This document shows positions 31,536-42,030 of a stretch of 64,000 nt of DNA, piece after piece. Source of the stretch: an uncultured Chthonomonadaceae bacterium. Lineage in GTDB: Bacteria > Armatimonadota > Chthonomonadetes > Chthonomonadales > Chthonomonadaceae. The stretch spans positions 1,312,001 to 1,376,000 of the forward strand of contig CAWFQB010000001.1 of assembly GCA_963817895.1 (NCBI GenBank), given 5' to 3'. The position numbers and the translations under genes are program-made. A model generated the notes under the pieces. The model saw nothing but the letters and a program-made list of their open reading frames with translations, ran no database searches and was not told the origin of the DNA. Numbering within the stretch: position 1 is the stretch's first letter; every line of letters begins with the position of its first letter.

Positions 31536-33350
31536 TCAAACTTCCAATCCCACAGCCCGCATGAGTTCAATGGCGTTGCTTTTGGCGACGACGCCGGGGC
31601 GCAGGTGGTAGTCGAAGGTCATTTTGCCGTCCAGCAGCTGGTCTTCCAGATGGACGTTGGCGGCGTGAAGGGCGGCGTCTTCGGCGATGCGGGCGAGGGC
31701 GAGGTCGTGCGTGGTGACAAGCCCGATGGCGCCGCGTTGGAGCAGGGCGCGGAGGATGGCTTCCGCGCCCTGCCGGCGGTCGTGCGAGTTCGTGCCGTGC
31801 AGAATCTCGTCGAGCAGAAACAGCAGGGGCGTGTTTTGCTGCGTCAGGTCTACGATCTGGCGCAGGCGCAGAATTTCGGCATAAAAGCGCGAAATGCCCG
31901 CTTCCAGCGAGTCCTGTGTGCGCAGGGACGCGCCGATACGCAGGGGGGAGAGGCGCAGCGAATAGGCGCGAACCGGAGCGCCCGCCAGAGCCAGAACCAC
32001 GTTCACGCCCAACGCCCGCAGCAGGGTGCTTTTGCCTGACATATTGGAACCGCTGAGTACGTACAAGCGCTGTTCGGGCGAAAAGGCGAGGTCATTGCGC
32101 ACGGTAGACGCGGAGGGCAGGAGCGGATGCGCCAGTCCCCGCGCCTGTAAACAGAGTTCGTTTGCTGCAATCTCAGGAAACACATCATCGGGGTGTTCAT
32201 ACGCATACGCGGACAGGGCGCACAGGGCTTCCACTTCGCCGGTCACGCGCAGCCAGTCGGCAAGATGAACGCCATTGATGCGCCGCCAATCGGCAATCGC
32301 GAACGCGCAAAACGGCGTCAGTTGGACGATTTTGTCCAGCAGGCCGAGCAGGGGATTGTGTGGCACTTCCAGCAGTTCTATCCAGCGCTGTAGCTGCTCG
32401 ATGCGGGCGGACGGCGGCGTTGTTTCCACATTCAATAGCCCGCGCAGGTGCAGCAGGCGCGGCGACGAAACGGGTTCCGCTTCGATACGCGCCAGCAGCA
32501 GGCCGAGCATTGCCAGTTCGCGCCCCGGCGTTTCCACCGTACCCACCGCTTCCCGAATCCGCGCTTTCAAACGCAAAACAACTGCCTGTTCCACAACCAC
32601 CACAACCACGAACGGTGTCCAGTTGCCCTGTATCAGCGCGAAAATCCCCGCCGCAATCGCGCCCGTTACCAGCAGCGCCAGCAGTCCGCGTTCCCAACCG
32701 GCAAACTGTACGGGCGGTTCCTCGCTCCACGCGGCCAGTTCTGTGGGCTTCAGCGCGGTTCGTGTTTGTTCGCCCAACACCGCCAGTTCCTCTCGAAAAT
32801 CCAGCCGCGTTTTGAGTTCTTCTACGGACTGCTGCCGTTCGCGAATCGCGTCCGGCATACCCGGCGCTTGCAGCCAGTCGGCAAGGCAATTTTCGCCCAT
32901 GCGGGTGCGCGCGGTACACAGCAGTTCAAACAGGGACGCCCGCCCGAAAATGTCCAGATCGGCGGCATACGGATGTTCGGCTTTGAGATAGCGCGAACCC
33001 GCGTTGCCCGTCCCCTGCCACAGATTATCCAGATGCCTCAACCCCTGCTGATAAAACGCGATGGCGCGTTCCATGCGTTTGCGGGCTTGAATCACGCGGT
33101 CATGGCGACTTGCAAGCGCTAAGAATCCGATAATAGGAAGGTTGAGCAGTCCGGGGGAGAAAAGATGGTCGTGGAACGCGAGCCACGCCGTTACGAGTCC
33201 GAGCGCGAAAACGGCCAATCGCCCGTTGCCGAAAGCGCGGTCCCGCTTTGCCAGCAGAGCGGCCTCACTCTCACGGGCGGCAAGCCGCCGCGCGTACTCT
33301 TCGCGGGGCGCGTTCACGTTTGTTGCAGTTTCAACAGTTTGGGTATTCAC
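31536..33350 (-). CDS. Membrane-associated MutS domain-V ATPase (MutS-related, not canonical MutS)
   Basis: N-terminal TMs; DLDIFG; SGSNMSGKST, SRFYAE, LLDEILHGTN, TTHD. Confidence 0.9.
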   Translation of the reverse strand: MNTQTVETATNVNAPREEYARRLAARESEAALLAKRDRAFGNGRLAVFALGLVTAWLAFHDHLFSPGLLNLPIIGFLALASRHDRVIQARKRMERAIAFYQQGLRHLDNLWQGTGNAGSRYLKAEHPYAADLDIFGRASLFELLCTARTRMGENCLADWLQAPGMPDAIRERQQSVEELKTRLDFREELAVLGEQTRTALKPTELAAWSEEPPVQFAGWERGLLALLVTGAIAAGIFALIQGNWTPFVVVVVVEQAVVLRLKARIREAVGTVETPGRELAMLGLLLARIEAEPVSSPRLLHLRGLLNVETTPPSARIEQLQRWIELLEVPHNPLLGLLDKIVQLTPFCAFAIADWRRINGVHLADWLRVTGEVEALCALSAYAYEHPDDVFPEIAANELCLQARGLAHPLLPSASTVRNDLAFSPEQRLYVLSGSNMSGKSTLLRALGVNVVLALAGAPVRAYSLRLSPLRIGASLRTQDSLEAGISRFYAEILRLRQIVDLTQQNTPLLFLLDEILHGTNSHDRRQGAEAILRALLQRGAIGLVTTHDLALARIAEDAALHAANVHLEDQLLDGKMTFDYHLRPGVVAKSNAIELMRAVGLEV

Positions 33351-33491
33351 GCCCCAAAGTATACACAAAGCAGAGCCTATTGTATACAAACTCTGCACAA
33401 ACTTTTACAGACAGGGCCGCTCTCGGCTGTCTTTCCCCTACTCTTCACCCTGCTTTTCCGATGCGGTATAATAAATCAGGGAGAAACACAA

Positions 33492-33743
33492 ATGGCGGCA
33501 GGATCAATCTTTGAAGAACGGTTTGCGGCGCTTGAGGCGGAAGTGGCGCGGCTTCGCATAAAATTGGAAGAGCCACGCTCCCGTGTTTCGGAGCGAACAA
33601 GCCCGGACTTTCTGGACACCATGATTGGGATACACGCAGACAGTCCGGCTTTTGAGGAAGTGACCCGCCAACTACAAGCAGAGCGCGAGCGCGAGCGAGC
33701 GGAGGCCCGGCGTCTGTTGGCAGCAGAGGAGGCGGGCGCGTGA
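33492..33743 (+). CDS. Putative antitoxin
   Basis: GGGAGA RBS; EERFAALEAEVARL...IGIHADSPAFEE; GTGA overlap with a PIN fragment. Confidence 0.7.
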   Translation: MAAGSIFEERFAALEAEVARLRIKLEEPRSRVSERTSPDFLDTMIGIHADSPAFEEVTRQLQAERERERAEARRLLAAEEAGA

Positions 33744-33800
33744 TTTATTTGCTGGACACCGACCACAATTCGCTCCTACAGCGTGGCGGCGAAGGATCGG
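33740..33800 (+). pseudogene. Truncated PIN/VapC toxin (N-terminus only)
   Basis: VIYLLDTDHNSLLQRG, then similarity is lost. Confidence 0.7.
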
Positions 33801-34104
33801 GTGTTTTAGTCTTTGACTGCACTCAAATAGGTTATTCCCTTTTGGCGAGAGGCAGGGGAAGTTTTTCGCCTTTTTTACGCTCTTGACGTTCGCGCAGTTC
33901 TTCCGTTTGCGCGCCAAAATGTCAACTGTTCTTCGTGGGACATCGTTTCGAGGCGTTCCTGTATCTCCACTTGTATCTGCTCTACCATTTCCACACAATC
34001 AAAGGGTTTCGTCGTCATCTTTTGCGACCTCCAGAAGCAAGTAAACGCCCTGAATTGGCGCTGATCCGGGGCAATGTGGCGCGGGTTGAGAAACGAATGA
34101 CGGC

Positions 34105-34879
34105 CTATTTGCGGCGGCGCAACGCGGCAAAACCTGCAAGTCCCGCCGCGCCGAACAAAATGGACAGCGAAGGTTCGGGGGTCATGGAAGCCGCAGGCGT
34201 TACGCAGGTTGTAACAGTGTTCGAGGCCAGCGTCACCGCGCCGTTTCGCGCCAGTAGGCTGCCGTCGTTAATGATAGCGCCCGTATTCGCGGTGATACTT
34301 GTCAGCGCGAGGATATGTCCATCAAACACCGTACCCACATCCAGCGTCGCCGAACTTCCTACCTGCCAGAACACGTTGCAGTCGTCGCTGCTGTTGACCA
34401 CGAGGACGGTAGCATTGGGGGCGGTAATAAGTGTGCTGCCGATCTGAAAGACAAAGCGGGCGTTGGGGTCGCCCAGCGTGTCGAGGGTCAGCGTTCCCGT
34501 AAGGAAAGCTGAGGTATCGAAATGGTAAACGCCCGCTAACAGCGTCTTTCCTCCCAGATTTTGCCCGGTCAAATTTTGGCTGAACGCCTCGTGTGCCAGC
34601 ACATTGTAGGCCGTGATTACGTCGGACTGCGCCTGCATTGCGACGCTATCCCCCGCATGAGTTGCGCCGTTCATCACGAGTTCCGGGTGGGAAACCTGTA
34701 ATCGCGCTGCCCGGCGAAACGCCCAGATCGCCGGATAGAACCGTCGGTCCGGTGTTCGTGACCATAGCCCCGGCCAGAACCGCGAAACTATCCGCTGTGC
34801 CGAGAAATTGAGCGTTGGCGCGCGTATGCAGGCCAATGGAAATTAAAGCGGTCAGCGTGACCATCAATTTGTGTTTCAT
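34105..34879 (-). CDS. Ice-binding (DUF3494) protein with PEP-CTERM anchor; frameshift near 34681
   Basis: Signal; [64 protein letters not shown] + TM + RRRK. Confidence 0.9.
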
Positions 34880-35167
34880 CCTACGTTCCTTTTATAGCAA
34901 TTCCACAAGGCATGTTTTCCTGTTCGCTTCTTTTGACCATGGAGGCCGACAACATGGTATCAGCCTTCGATGGCGCGGCGAAACGCATTTATCTCCGTTG
35001 ATTGAATAGAACATACCTCATTTTGTATAAAATAGCGTGTAGATTCTTTGTGAAGGGAGATGCAGATAAAAACCCGGTATGCTCGCTTGAGCATACCGGG
35101 TTAAACTTTGTGGCGTTAAAATCAAGCGTCCGTACTTTTGCATTTCCCAAATACCGAACGCCCTCCC

Positions 35168-37460
35168 TTAAAATTTCGTTGTAAAGCGCAATACGTTGCT
35201 GCTGACGGCAACGATGTTTTCCGGGTCGCGGAAGGCTTCTGACGTGACGCTTACCTGATAGGTTGTGTTGGGCTGCAAGTTGGAAAGGCGAAAGCGATGG
35301 TCGCGGGTCACGCGCGGCCCTATCGGTTCCGGGGCGCAATCCACTTCCACATCCGCGTAAGCGCCGTGATTGACCTGCTCCCAATGTGTTACTCCGACAA
35401 ACCCGTTGAGTTCCGCCGCTGTATGCCAGGACACAATGGCGCTGTTTCGCGTCGTCTGCTCCACGCGCAGGATCTGGATTTCACGCAGGGCATCCGGGGC
35501 GATGCGTCCCAACAATCCGATCTGCGGGTACAGCTGGTTTTGCGGGAAAGGGGCCATTGCGCCGGATGGAAATGTCCAGACGCGACAGATGGGATCGGCA
35601 TCATTACCGGATTGCGGCGAACCGAACACGTAGTCCGGTATGGGGCTGTTTTGTGGCAGGGTGGCGTCAGGAAAAGGCGCGAGTTCGCGGGACGTAATCG
35701 CGCGTCCCCACCGGACATTCAGGGCGCGTCCTGACGGCAGCCAGGCGCGATTGTTGAGCGCGCAGGCCACGTATTCCAGGGCGCGTGGATGAAACAAAAT
35801 GCTGTCATGGTTGGCGGACACGATGCGCGACAGGTGAAAATGGTCGAAATTATCGCCAATCACCGCGCTCCACAGGGGAACAAGGCCGTCGGAATAGTTA
35901 TGCTCCGAGTTGACATGGCGCTCCAGCGCCAGATAGGGAAACCACGAGGGAGTTTGCGCCTGCCGCACCACCGCGTAGGGGTCCAGTCGCGCGGCGGAAG
36001 CCGGAATTCGGAAGAAAGCGCTGTCGTCGCCCGCCACGCTGCCGTAAGCGACCGTTTCCACAAACGGTTGCGTCTCATGGTTCTGCTGAAAACGGTTCAG
36101 AGCCGTGAGCCAGGGGCTGTTCACGGCCATCACTTCTATCGCGGGTACGCGCGTGGGTACTATGGTTCCCAGACCGGAGTTTAAAACCTCGCCAATTCTG
36201 TGTCCAAAAAACGGCGCATTGGCAAGGCGAACCGGGTTCTGCCCCATTTCGTCAGAAGGAGCATGAATCTCGTTGGCGTAATTGCAAAACGGCACACCCC
36301 GCCACATGCTGGCAACCGTGATCAGTTTGCGTACCGGAGGGGCGGCAAAGGATAAAGGATGAAGGATGAAGGATGAATCCGTTGTAGATTGACTCTCCCC
36401 TTCTCGTATCTCGTATCTCGTATCTCCTATCTCCTCTTTTCCCTTTTCCCTTCCTTTTCTCTCCTCTTCCGCGTACCACGCCGCATCGAAACGATACAGG
36501 GGCTTCGCGGCTCCGGTGTTGGCGGCGCGGACGTACCAGTGAACACTGTCCCGCGCCTGGGGGTCGGCATAAAACTGGCGCAAATACCAGCGGGCAATCA
36601 GGCCGCCGTAGCTGTAACCGAGCAGGTCTACGCGGCGGATGGCAAGATGTTGTACTCGGCGCGTGTCTTGCAGGATTTGCGCCACGCTTTCGGCGACGCG
36701 CTCGGCCCCCTCTTCCACCGGGCCATTACCGTAAAATTCAAGGGCAGGGTCGGCAAGCGGATTGCGATAGTTGAAGTCCTTTTTGCCGTGATTGACGCTT
36801 GTTACCGAAATACCCAACTCCTGCAATTGACGGATAAGCCTGTCCTTCGCATTCCAGGATGGCGAGTTGGGATTGCTGTTAGTGCCATGCACGGCAACCA
36901 GGGGCGGGCGAGCCAGAATAATCGTCTGCCGCGACAATGGCGGCATCGCCGCTTGCCTGCGCGCGGCGAACCGTGAGCAAAACGCCGCGTTGCGATACGC
37001 GCTGCACGTCGCGCAGCCGTTCCGGTTCGGGGTTGAAGTTGAACTCGTCCGGCGGCGTGTAGATCAGGCGATTACTCTCCTGCCGAACGGTTCCCACATT
37101 AGCCTCAATTGGCGGCTTTCCCTTTGTGGGATGGACGCTATGCAGGGATTTGTGGCTGTTTTCATCGTCCGTGTTTGTCAGCGTCCAGGTCAGGGGAACA
37201 TCGCGCAGGGAGTCGGGAAGCGGCAAAAACAGTTGGTTGCGCATTGCTTCCGGCATGTCACGCAGATTGTCGCAAACGATGCCGACGACGGGAACGCCGC
37301 CCGTATCCGTCATGGGCAGTGTCGGCGCGTTTGCCGCCGTCTGCAAATGTCCGGCGGCGCGGCACCACAGGGGATGCCACGCAAGCGGGAAAATAGAGAT
37401 TAGCAGGCAGGCGCACGTAACCACTGCCGAACGGCGGACAATCAAAACGGCCTCCAACAC
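35168..37460 (-). CDS. Secreted alpha/beta-hydrolase (GxSxG) with C-terminal FN3-like domain; frameshift near 36960
   Basis: VAVHG, DLLGYSYGGL, SDGLVP, ANH; LSNLQPNTTYQV. N-terminal ORF 36879-37460 has a signal-like segment and AGGAG RBS. Confidence 0.75.
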
Positions 37461-37535
37461 GAATCAGAATACTCCTGATACGCCTGAAAGCCGCTGTTTG
37501 TTGTGCCGTCGCCTTTGTAAGCCTTACAAATAGTC

Positions 37536-38795
37536 TTATGCGGGCGTATGCCTTTGCGCTCCCCGTTTTTTCCGCCACCACGATACGCTGAATTTAATGG
37601 CAATGGCAAAAGCAGTCAGCGCACTCAGCAGAACGAAAACCAGAGTCAGCAGTATGCCTTCATTGCTGTTCATATAGACGCGAAAACGTTCAAATCGGGA
37701 TAATTCCAGCGAGGGCGGGGGCAATTCGCGGTACTCTCTCCAAAAGCCGGGGTCGGTATCCGGGTGACGTCCGGCTTGCAGGCGCGTCATCATGTACGCG
37801 GTACGACGCGCCTGCCATGCTTCCGCTTCCGCGCGCAGGCGCGGCCATTGTCGCCGCAAATTCCCAAGAATGGCCGGGTTGCTGATGCGGACGCTGTCCA
37901 ACTCCAGTTCTTGCACAAGGTTACTATTTTTCGACGAACCGGGAAGCAGGGAATAGCGTCCCTGCGCGATCAATTCCTGCGCGCGTTGGTTGGCGAGATA
38001 GCGGACGTTTTCTTTGCGACTGAGCACCCTGCTCAACGCCTCGAATACATCCACGCTTTCCCACGCATTGCCAAGCGCAATCAGGCCACACAACCCCTTG
38101 ACGACATTGGCTGCTTGCGGCGTGTCGTCCCACTCTCCCGTCACTCCCTGATTTAGAAATTCCGACAGGCGCACGGGTTTCTTGTTGTCCTTGCTCTTGC
38201 CGCCGTTTACCGCAGAGGGCGCGTTTTGCAGTATCCAGTCCATCACGCCCAACTGCACCCGCTCACGTCCGAAATGCGCGTCCGGGTTTATTTCCAATGC
38301 GCGGGCAATTTCATTCCGCGCCTGTATCAGTTCGCTCAGGCGACGGCTTTTCGGGTTCTGTGTCAGCCAGCGATGGACGCGAAACGTGCCGACATTGGCA
38401 TAATAGCGATACCACTGTTCGCGCCAGATTCCGGTGACGGGAATTTTCCCGTCGTGTAACTTCGCGAGTTGCGCCCGCTTGCCCGCCATCCACCGGAGCG
38501 CGTCCCCATCTCTGTGCAGGTGGTCACAGGCGACTCCGGCATCATCGTAATCTTCCAATTTAGCCGGATCATGCGCCAATTCCGCCGCAACCCGCTTCAA
38601 GCGCATCTCATAATATAGCGGCGGATTACGCTCAAAGCGCCCCGTGACAATCTGAACCACATCCGGCAGACCGCGCGCCTCCTGCTCCAGCGTATCGCTG
38701 TCCCATGCGCAGGCGCGGGACGGCGCAGGCATCAAGAGGAGCATCAAGGCGGCAAAGGCAGATATTGATTTTAGCGCGTCAAGATTCGCGGTCAT
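37536..38795 (-). CDS. Secreted, C-terminally anchored helical (TPR-like) hypothetical protein
   Basis: Signal ...APSRA-CAWDSDTL; ALEINPDAHFGRE; C-terminal TM + RKKR. Confidence 0.75.
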   Translation of the reverse strand: MTANLDALKSISAFAALMLLLMPAPSRACAWDSDTLEQEARGLPDVVQIVTGRFERNPPLYYEMRLKRVAAELAHDPAKLEDYDDAGVACDHLHRDGDALRWMAGKRAQLAKLHDGKIPVTGIWREQWYRYYANVGTFRVHRWLTQNPKSRRLSELIQARNEIARALEINPDAHFGRERVQLGVMDWILQNAPSAVNGGKSKDNKKPVRLSEFLNQGVTGEWDDTPQAANVVKGLCGLIALGNAWESVDVFEALSRVLSRKENVRYLANQRAQELIAQGRYSLLPGSSKNSNLVQELELDSVRISNPAILGNLRRQWPRLRAEAEAWQARRTAYMMTRLQAGRHPDTDPGFWREYRELPPPSLELSRFERFRVYMNSNEGILLTLVFVLLSALTAFAIAIKFSVSWWRKKRGAQRHTPA

Positions 38796-40254
38796 AGCCA
38801 ATAAAATCCCCCGCATCCAGCTTCTCATCTTGATTTTCGATTGGCGATTTTCGATTTTCGATTGACGATTGCGCTTCTTCCGTCTCCTCTTCTCCCTGTC
38901 TCCCTGTCTCCTTGTCTTCCAAATCGGGGTCACGCGGAACCGCCACTTCCAGCTTGCCGATGCTGCGCAGGGGAATGGGCTGAAGCGGGAGCGGGTCGGG
39001 CAGGCCGGTTTCCCGTTCGCGCTTTGCGACATGCGCTTCCATTTGCGCCTGCAAGTGTTGAACCACGTCGGGATGTTCGGACGCGACGTTGTTGAATTCG
39101 CCCGGGTCGCGGCTTAGATTATACAGTTCGATGTCGGAATTGCCGTGCAGATCAGGCGTTTCGAGGGGGACGATTAACTTCCATGTGGCGGTGCGGACGC
39201 CGCGCTTTTTCATCCACGTATTTTCCGTAATGTGCAGCATGTCTGTTGTACCGCGCCGTGTGCCGGACGGCGAATTAATTAGCGGCAGCAGGCTGTTTCC
39301 CGTCATGCCCTCCCGACCGGCGATAGGACTCAAATCCAGCAGGTCGAGAATGGTGGGCGCAATGTCGGGCATCTGGCACAGGCCGCCGATGCGCGTATTG
39401 GGCGGCAACAGGTTGGGACAGCGCATCAGCAGGGGAATGTGAATGTTGGTGTCGTACAGGCCGTGATGGTCGAACCAGTGTCCATGTTCGTCCAGTTCCT
39501 CGCCATGATCGGCGGTGACGACAACAAGCGTATCGGACGCCAATCCCAACTCTTCCAGATGCGTCAGAACGTGCGCGAAGCAAGCGTCCATATACGCGAT
39601 ACACGCGTCGTACTGCGCTTTGGGGAATTCTATGTCGGTAACGCCGGGCATCCATTCGGCAAAGTAGTGGTTGAAGTTTGGGAACGCCCATACCGCTTCC
39701 ATGCTGTCGTTGCGCGGGTCTTTTTCATTGCCCGCGTAGAACATGCGGTCAAAGGGCGCGGGCGGCAGATAGGGCGTGTGCGGGTCCCAGAAGTGGAAGA
39801 ACAGGAAAAACGGCTGATCCTGCGCGGCGGCTTTGTTCAGGACGTTCAGGGCGGATTGGACAACCGCCTCACCCTTGCGCAAGGCGCGAGGCGCGCTCGC
39901 GTCCCACTGGTATTCCTCGTAATGACCTATGCCCCGCGCGAACCAACGGCCCAGATTGTCCGCCGCGCCCGTATAATACCCCTCGTCGCGCAGCAGTTCC
40001 GCCAGCATTTTGATACTCAGAGGGGGTTCCGGCGTTCCCGACTGACTGGTAATCTGGTGCGCGTACATATCCTTCCCGGTCATCATCGTTGTGTGACCGG
40101 GATACGTGGGAATATGCGGGCTGAAGAAGTCCGTAAACAACACGCCCTCTTCCGCCAGACGGTCGAGGTGCGGGCTTGTGCGCCGAAAATGCCCGTAGCA
40201 GGAGAGCCGGTCGGCGCGTGTCGTGTCAAGGCTGACGAGAATTACGTTGGTCAT
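38779..40254 (-). CDS. Sulfatase-like alkaline-phosphatase-superfamily hydrolase with a Thr-type motif
   Basis: NVILVSLDTTRAD, PTYPGHTTMMTG, WDPHTPY, TADHGE, ELYNL. Confidence 0.9.
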   Translation of the reverse strand: MTNVILVSLDTTRADRLSCYGHFRRTSPHLDRLAEEGVLFTDFFSPHIPTYPGHTTMMTGKDMYAHQITSQSGTPEPPLSIKMLAELLRDEGYYTGAADNLGRWFARGIGHYEEYQWDASAPRALRKGEAVVQSALNVLNKAAAQDQPFFLFFHFWDPHTPYLPPAPFDRMFYAGNEKDPRNDSMEAVWAFPNFNHYFAEWMPGVTDIEFPKAQYDACIAYMDACFAHVLTHLEELGLASDTLVVVTADHGEELDEHGHWFDHHGLYDTNIHIPLLMRCPNLLPPNTRIGGLCQMPDIAPTILDLLDLSPIAGREGMTGNSLLPLINSPSGTRRGTTDMLHITENTWMKKRGVRTATWKLIVPLETPDLHGNSDIELYNLSRDPGEFNNVASEHPDVVQHLQAQMEAHVAKRERETGLPDPLPLQPIPLRSIGKLEVAVPRDPDLEDKETGRQGEEETEEAQSSIENRKSPIENQDEKLDAGDFIGYDRES

Positions 40255-40272
40255 AGGTTGTTAGATTGTTAG
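40255..40272 (+). repeat. Left arm (TTGTTAG repeat), inverted partner at 42000-42024
   Basis: AGGTTGTTAGATTGTTAG. Confidence 0.65.
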
Positions 40273-40291
40273 AATTACGAAGTGAACGGCG

Positions 40292-40693
40292 TCAATCCAG
40301 AAACGCTTTCAGCGTTTCCAGTAAGGCGATTTCGTCTTTTAACTGGCACTCCCACACAACATGAACCCGCCAGCCCGCCTGCTCTAACGCGGCTATGTTG
40401 CGGGCGTCTCGTTCCCGGTTGCCGTCAATTTTCGGCGTCCAGTATTGCGTGTTGGATGTCGGGCGTATTTTGGGACGGCAGTCGTGGCCGTGCCAGAAAC
40501 AGCCGTGTATGAAAACGACTTTGCGCCTCCCCTGAAAAACCAAATCCGGTTTTCCGGGCAGGTCTTTTCTGTGCAGACGATACCGGTAGCCGTGATGATA
40601 CAACAGGCGGCGAACGCGTATCTCCGGGCCGGTGTTTTTTGACCGGACGGCGCGCATCGTTTTACTCCGTATCGCAGGGCTAATTTTATCCAT
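40292..40693 (-). CDS. vsr: Very short patch repair endonuclease
   Basis: RSKTMRAVRSKNTGPE, LPGKPD, FIHGCFWHGH, VWECQ. Confidence 0.96.
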   Translation of the reverse strand: MDKISPAIRSKTMRAVRSKNTGPEIRVRRLLYHHGYRYRLHRKDLPGKPDLVFQGRRKVVFIHGCFWHGHDCRPKIRPTSNTQYWTPKIDGNRERDARNIAALEQAGWRVHVVWECQLKDEIALLETLKAFLD

Positions 40694-41868
40694 CAGATAG
40701 CAGCACAGGCGTAAGAAGCGCGAAAGGCTTCCGCAAACCGGCGCGAAGGCGTATTGTTTTCAAGAGCCTCCCGAATGGCAAGGGCGATGGCGCGGGCAAC
40801 CGGCGGCGGCACGGAATTCGCCACTTGACGGTGCTGATCGAGAAATCGCGCTGTGCCGGAACGACCTCTGATTGGCCCTTTGAGCAAATAGTCATCCGGG
40901 TAGCCGTGTAATCTCATGTATTCGCGCGGCGTAAGGTAGCGGTCTTCAGTGGGGTGAAAGAAAATCTCGCCGCAACGCAGCGTGTTAGAGGGTTCATTGC
41001 GATGCAGGCGGCGGAACTTCGTCGTATCCTTCTTTGTCAGGTTACCGCGTTGATCGGCAGGCAAATGCAGTTCTTTTGCCAGATGCGAACCCTCCGGCAC
41101 GCCATGTATGCGGCGGCGATCTCCAACCGGAGTCACGTCTACATGACTATCGACAGGCTGGTAGCCCCCATTCGGCATGGGCGGTTCCAGATCAGAAATC
41201 ACCTCGCCCGCAGTCACACAGGGCGGGAGGGGAAATAGCGTCCCGGCCTCTTCTTTCAGGTCGGCATGTGTCGGCGCGGGGAAATAGAATTCCGTTCCTT
41301 CCCGGGTGGCGCAAATGAACACTCTCGCGCGCTTCTGCGCCACGCCGTATTCATTTGCTTTGATGATCCGCATTTTGCAGGAGTAGCCGAGTTCTTGCAA
41401 CTGGTCTTTCAGCATCTGGAAGACGCCGCCGATTTTACCCTTGCCATCCGGCGCGTTCAGCAAGCCCTTGACCTGTTCCATAAGAATCACTTTAGGCCGT
41501 AAGACATTAGCAAAACGCGCGAATTCAAACAGCAACATTCCCCGCGCGTCTTCCAGACACTCGCGCTTGCCGATTTGCGAGAACGATTGGCAGGGACTGC
41601 CGCCACAAAGCAAATCCAGTTCGCCCGGTTCGAGCAGCAGTTCCTTCATAAGCGCAACAGGATCAACATTGCGTATATCGTCCTCAATCACGCGGGTATT
41701 GCGGCGTTCGCGCGTGGCGGCATCGCGGAGGGTATCGCAGCAATGCGGGTCAATTTCGCAGCAGGCCAAAACATCGAAACCCGCCTGCCCAACCCCAACG
41801 TCCAGGCCACCCGCGCCGGAGAAAAGCGAGATTGCGGTAAAGACCCTGTCCAGTCCCGGTTGTGTCAA
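40693..41868 (-). CDS. DNA (cytosine-5) methyltransferase, orphan
   Basis: SLFSGAGG, GSPCQSFS, EQV (motif VI), YGVAQKRARVF, RYLTPRE, QVANSVPP. Stop/start overlap with vsr. Confidence 0.95.
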   Translation of the reverse strand: MTQPGLDRVFTAISLFSGAGGLDVGVGQAGFDVLACCEIDPHCCDTLRDAATRERRNTRVIEDDIRNVDPVALMKELLLEPGELDLLCGGSPCQSFSQIGKRECLEDARGMLLFEFARFANVLRPKVILMEQVKGLLNAPDGKGKIGGVFQMLKDQLQELGYSCKMRIIKANEYGVAQKRARVFICATREGTEFYFPAPTHADLKEEAGTLFPLPPCVTAGEVISDLEPPMPNGGYQPVDSHVDVTPVGDRRRIHGVPEGSHLAKELHLPADQRGNLTKKDTTKFRRLHRNEPSNTLRCGEIFFHPTEDRYLTPREYMRLHGYPDDYLLKGPIRGRSGTARFLDQHRQVANSVPPPVARAIALAIREALENNTPSRRFAEAFRASYACAAI

Positions 41869-41999
41869 GGCCGTTCTCCCAAAGTATTTCGCGCTTCAAT
41901 GCTATCCGCGAACGACAGATGATTCGCCAAAACCTGTGTTATCTCCTGCTTCCTGTTACCGACAACAAAAGACACGCAAAATATGTTCCACCTGAAAAC

Positions 42000-42024
42000 C
42001 TAACAACCTAACAACTAACAACCT
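42000..42024 (-). repeat. Right arm, inverted relative to 40255-40272
   Basis: CTAACAACCTAACAACTAACAACCT. Confidence 0.65.
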
Positions 42025-42030
42025 TTTCAC

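Noticed and set aside
33358..33405. DnaA boxes / oriC
   Set aside because: Three loose ACAAA-ending motifs, none matching TTATCCACA well; no dnaA nearby.
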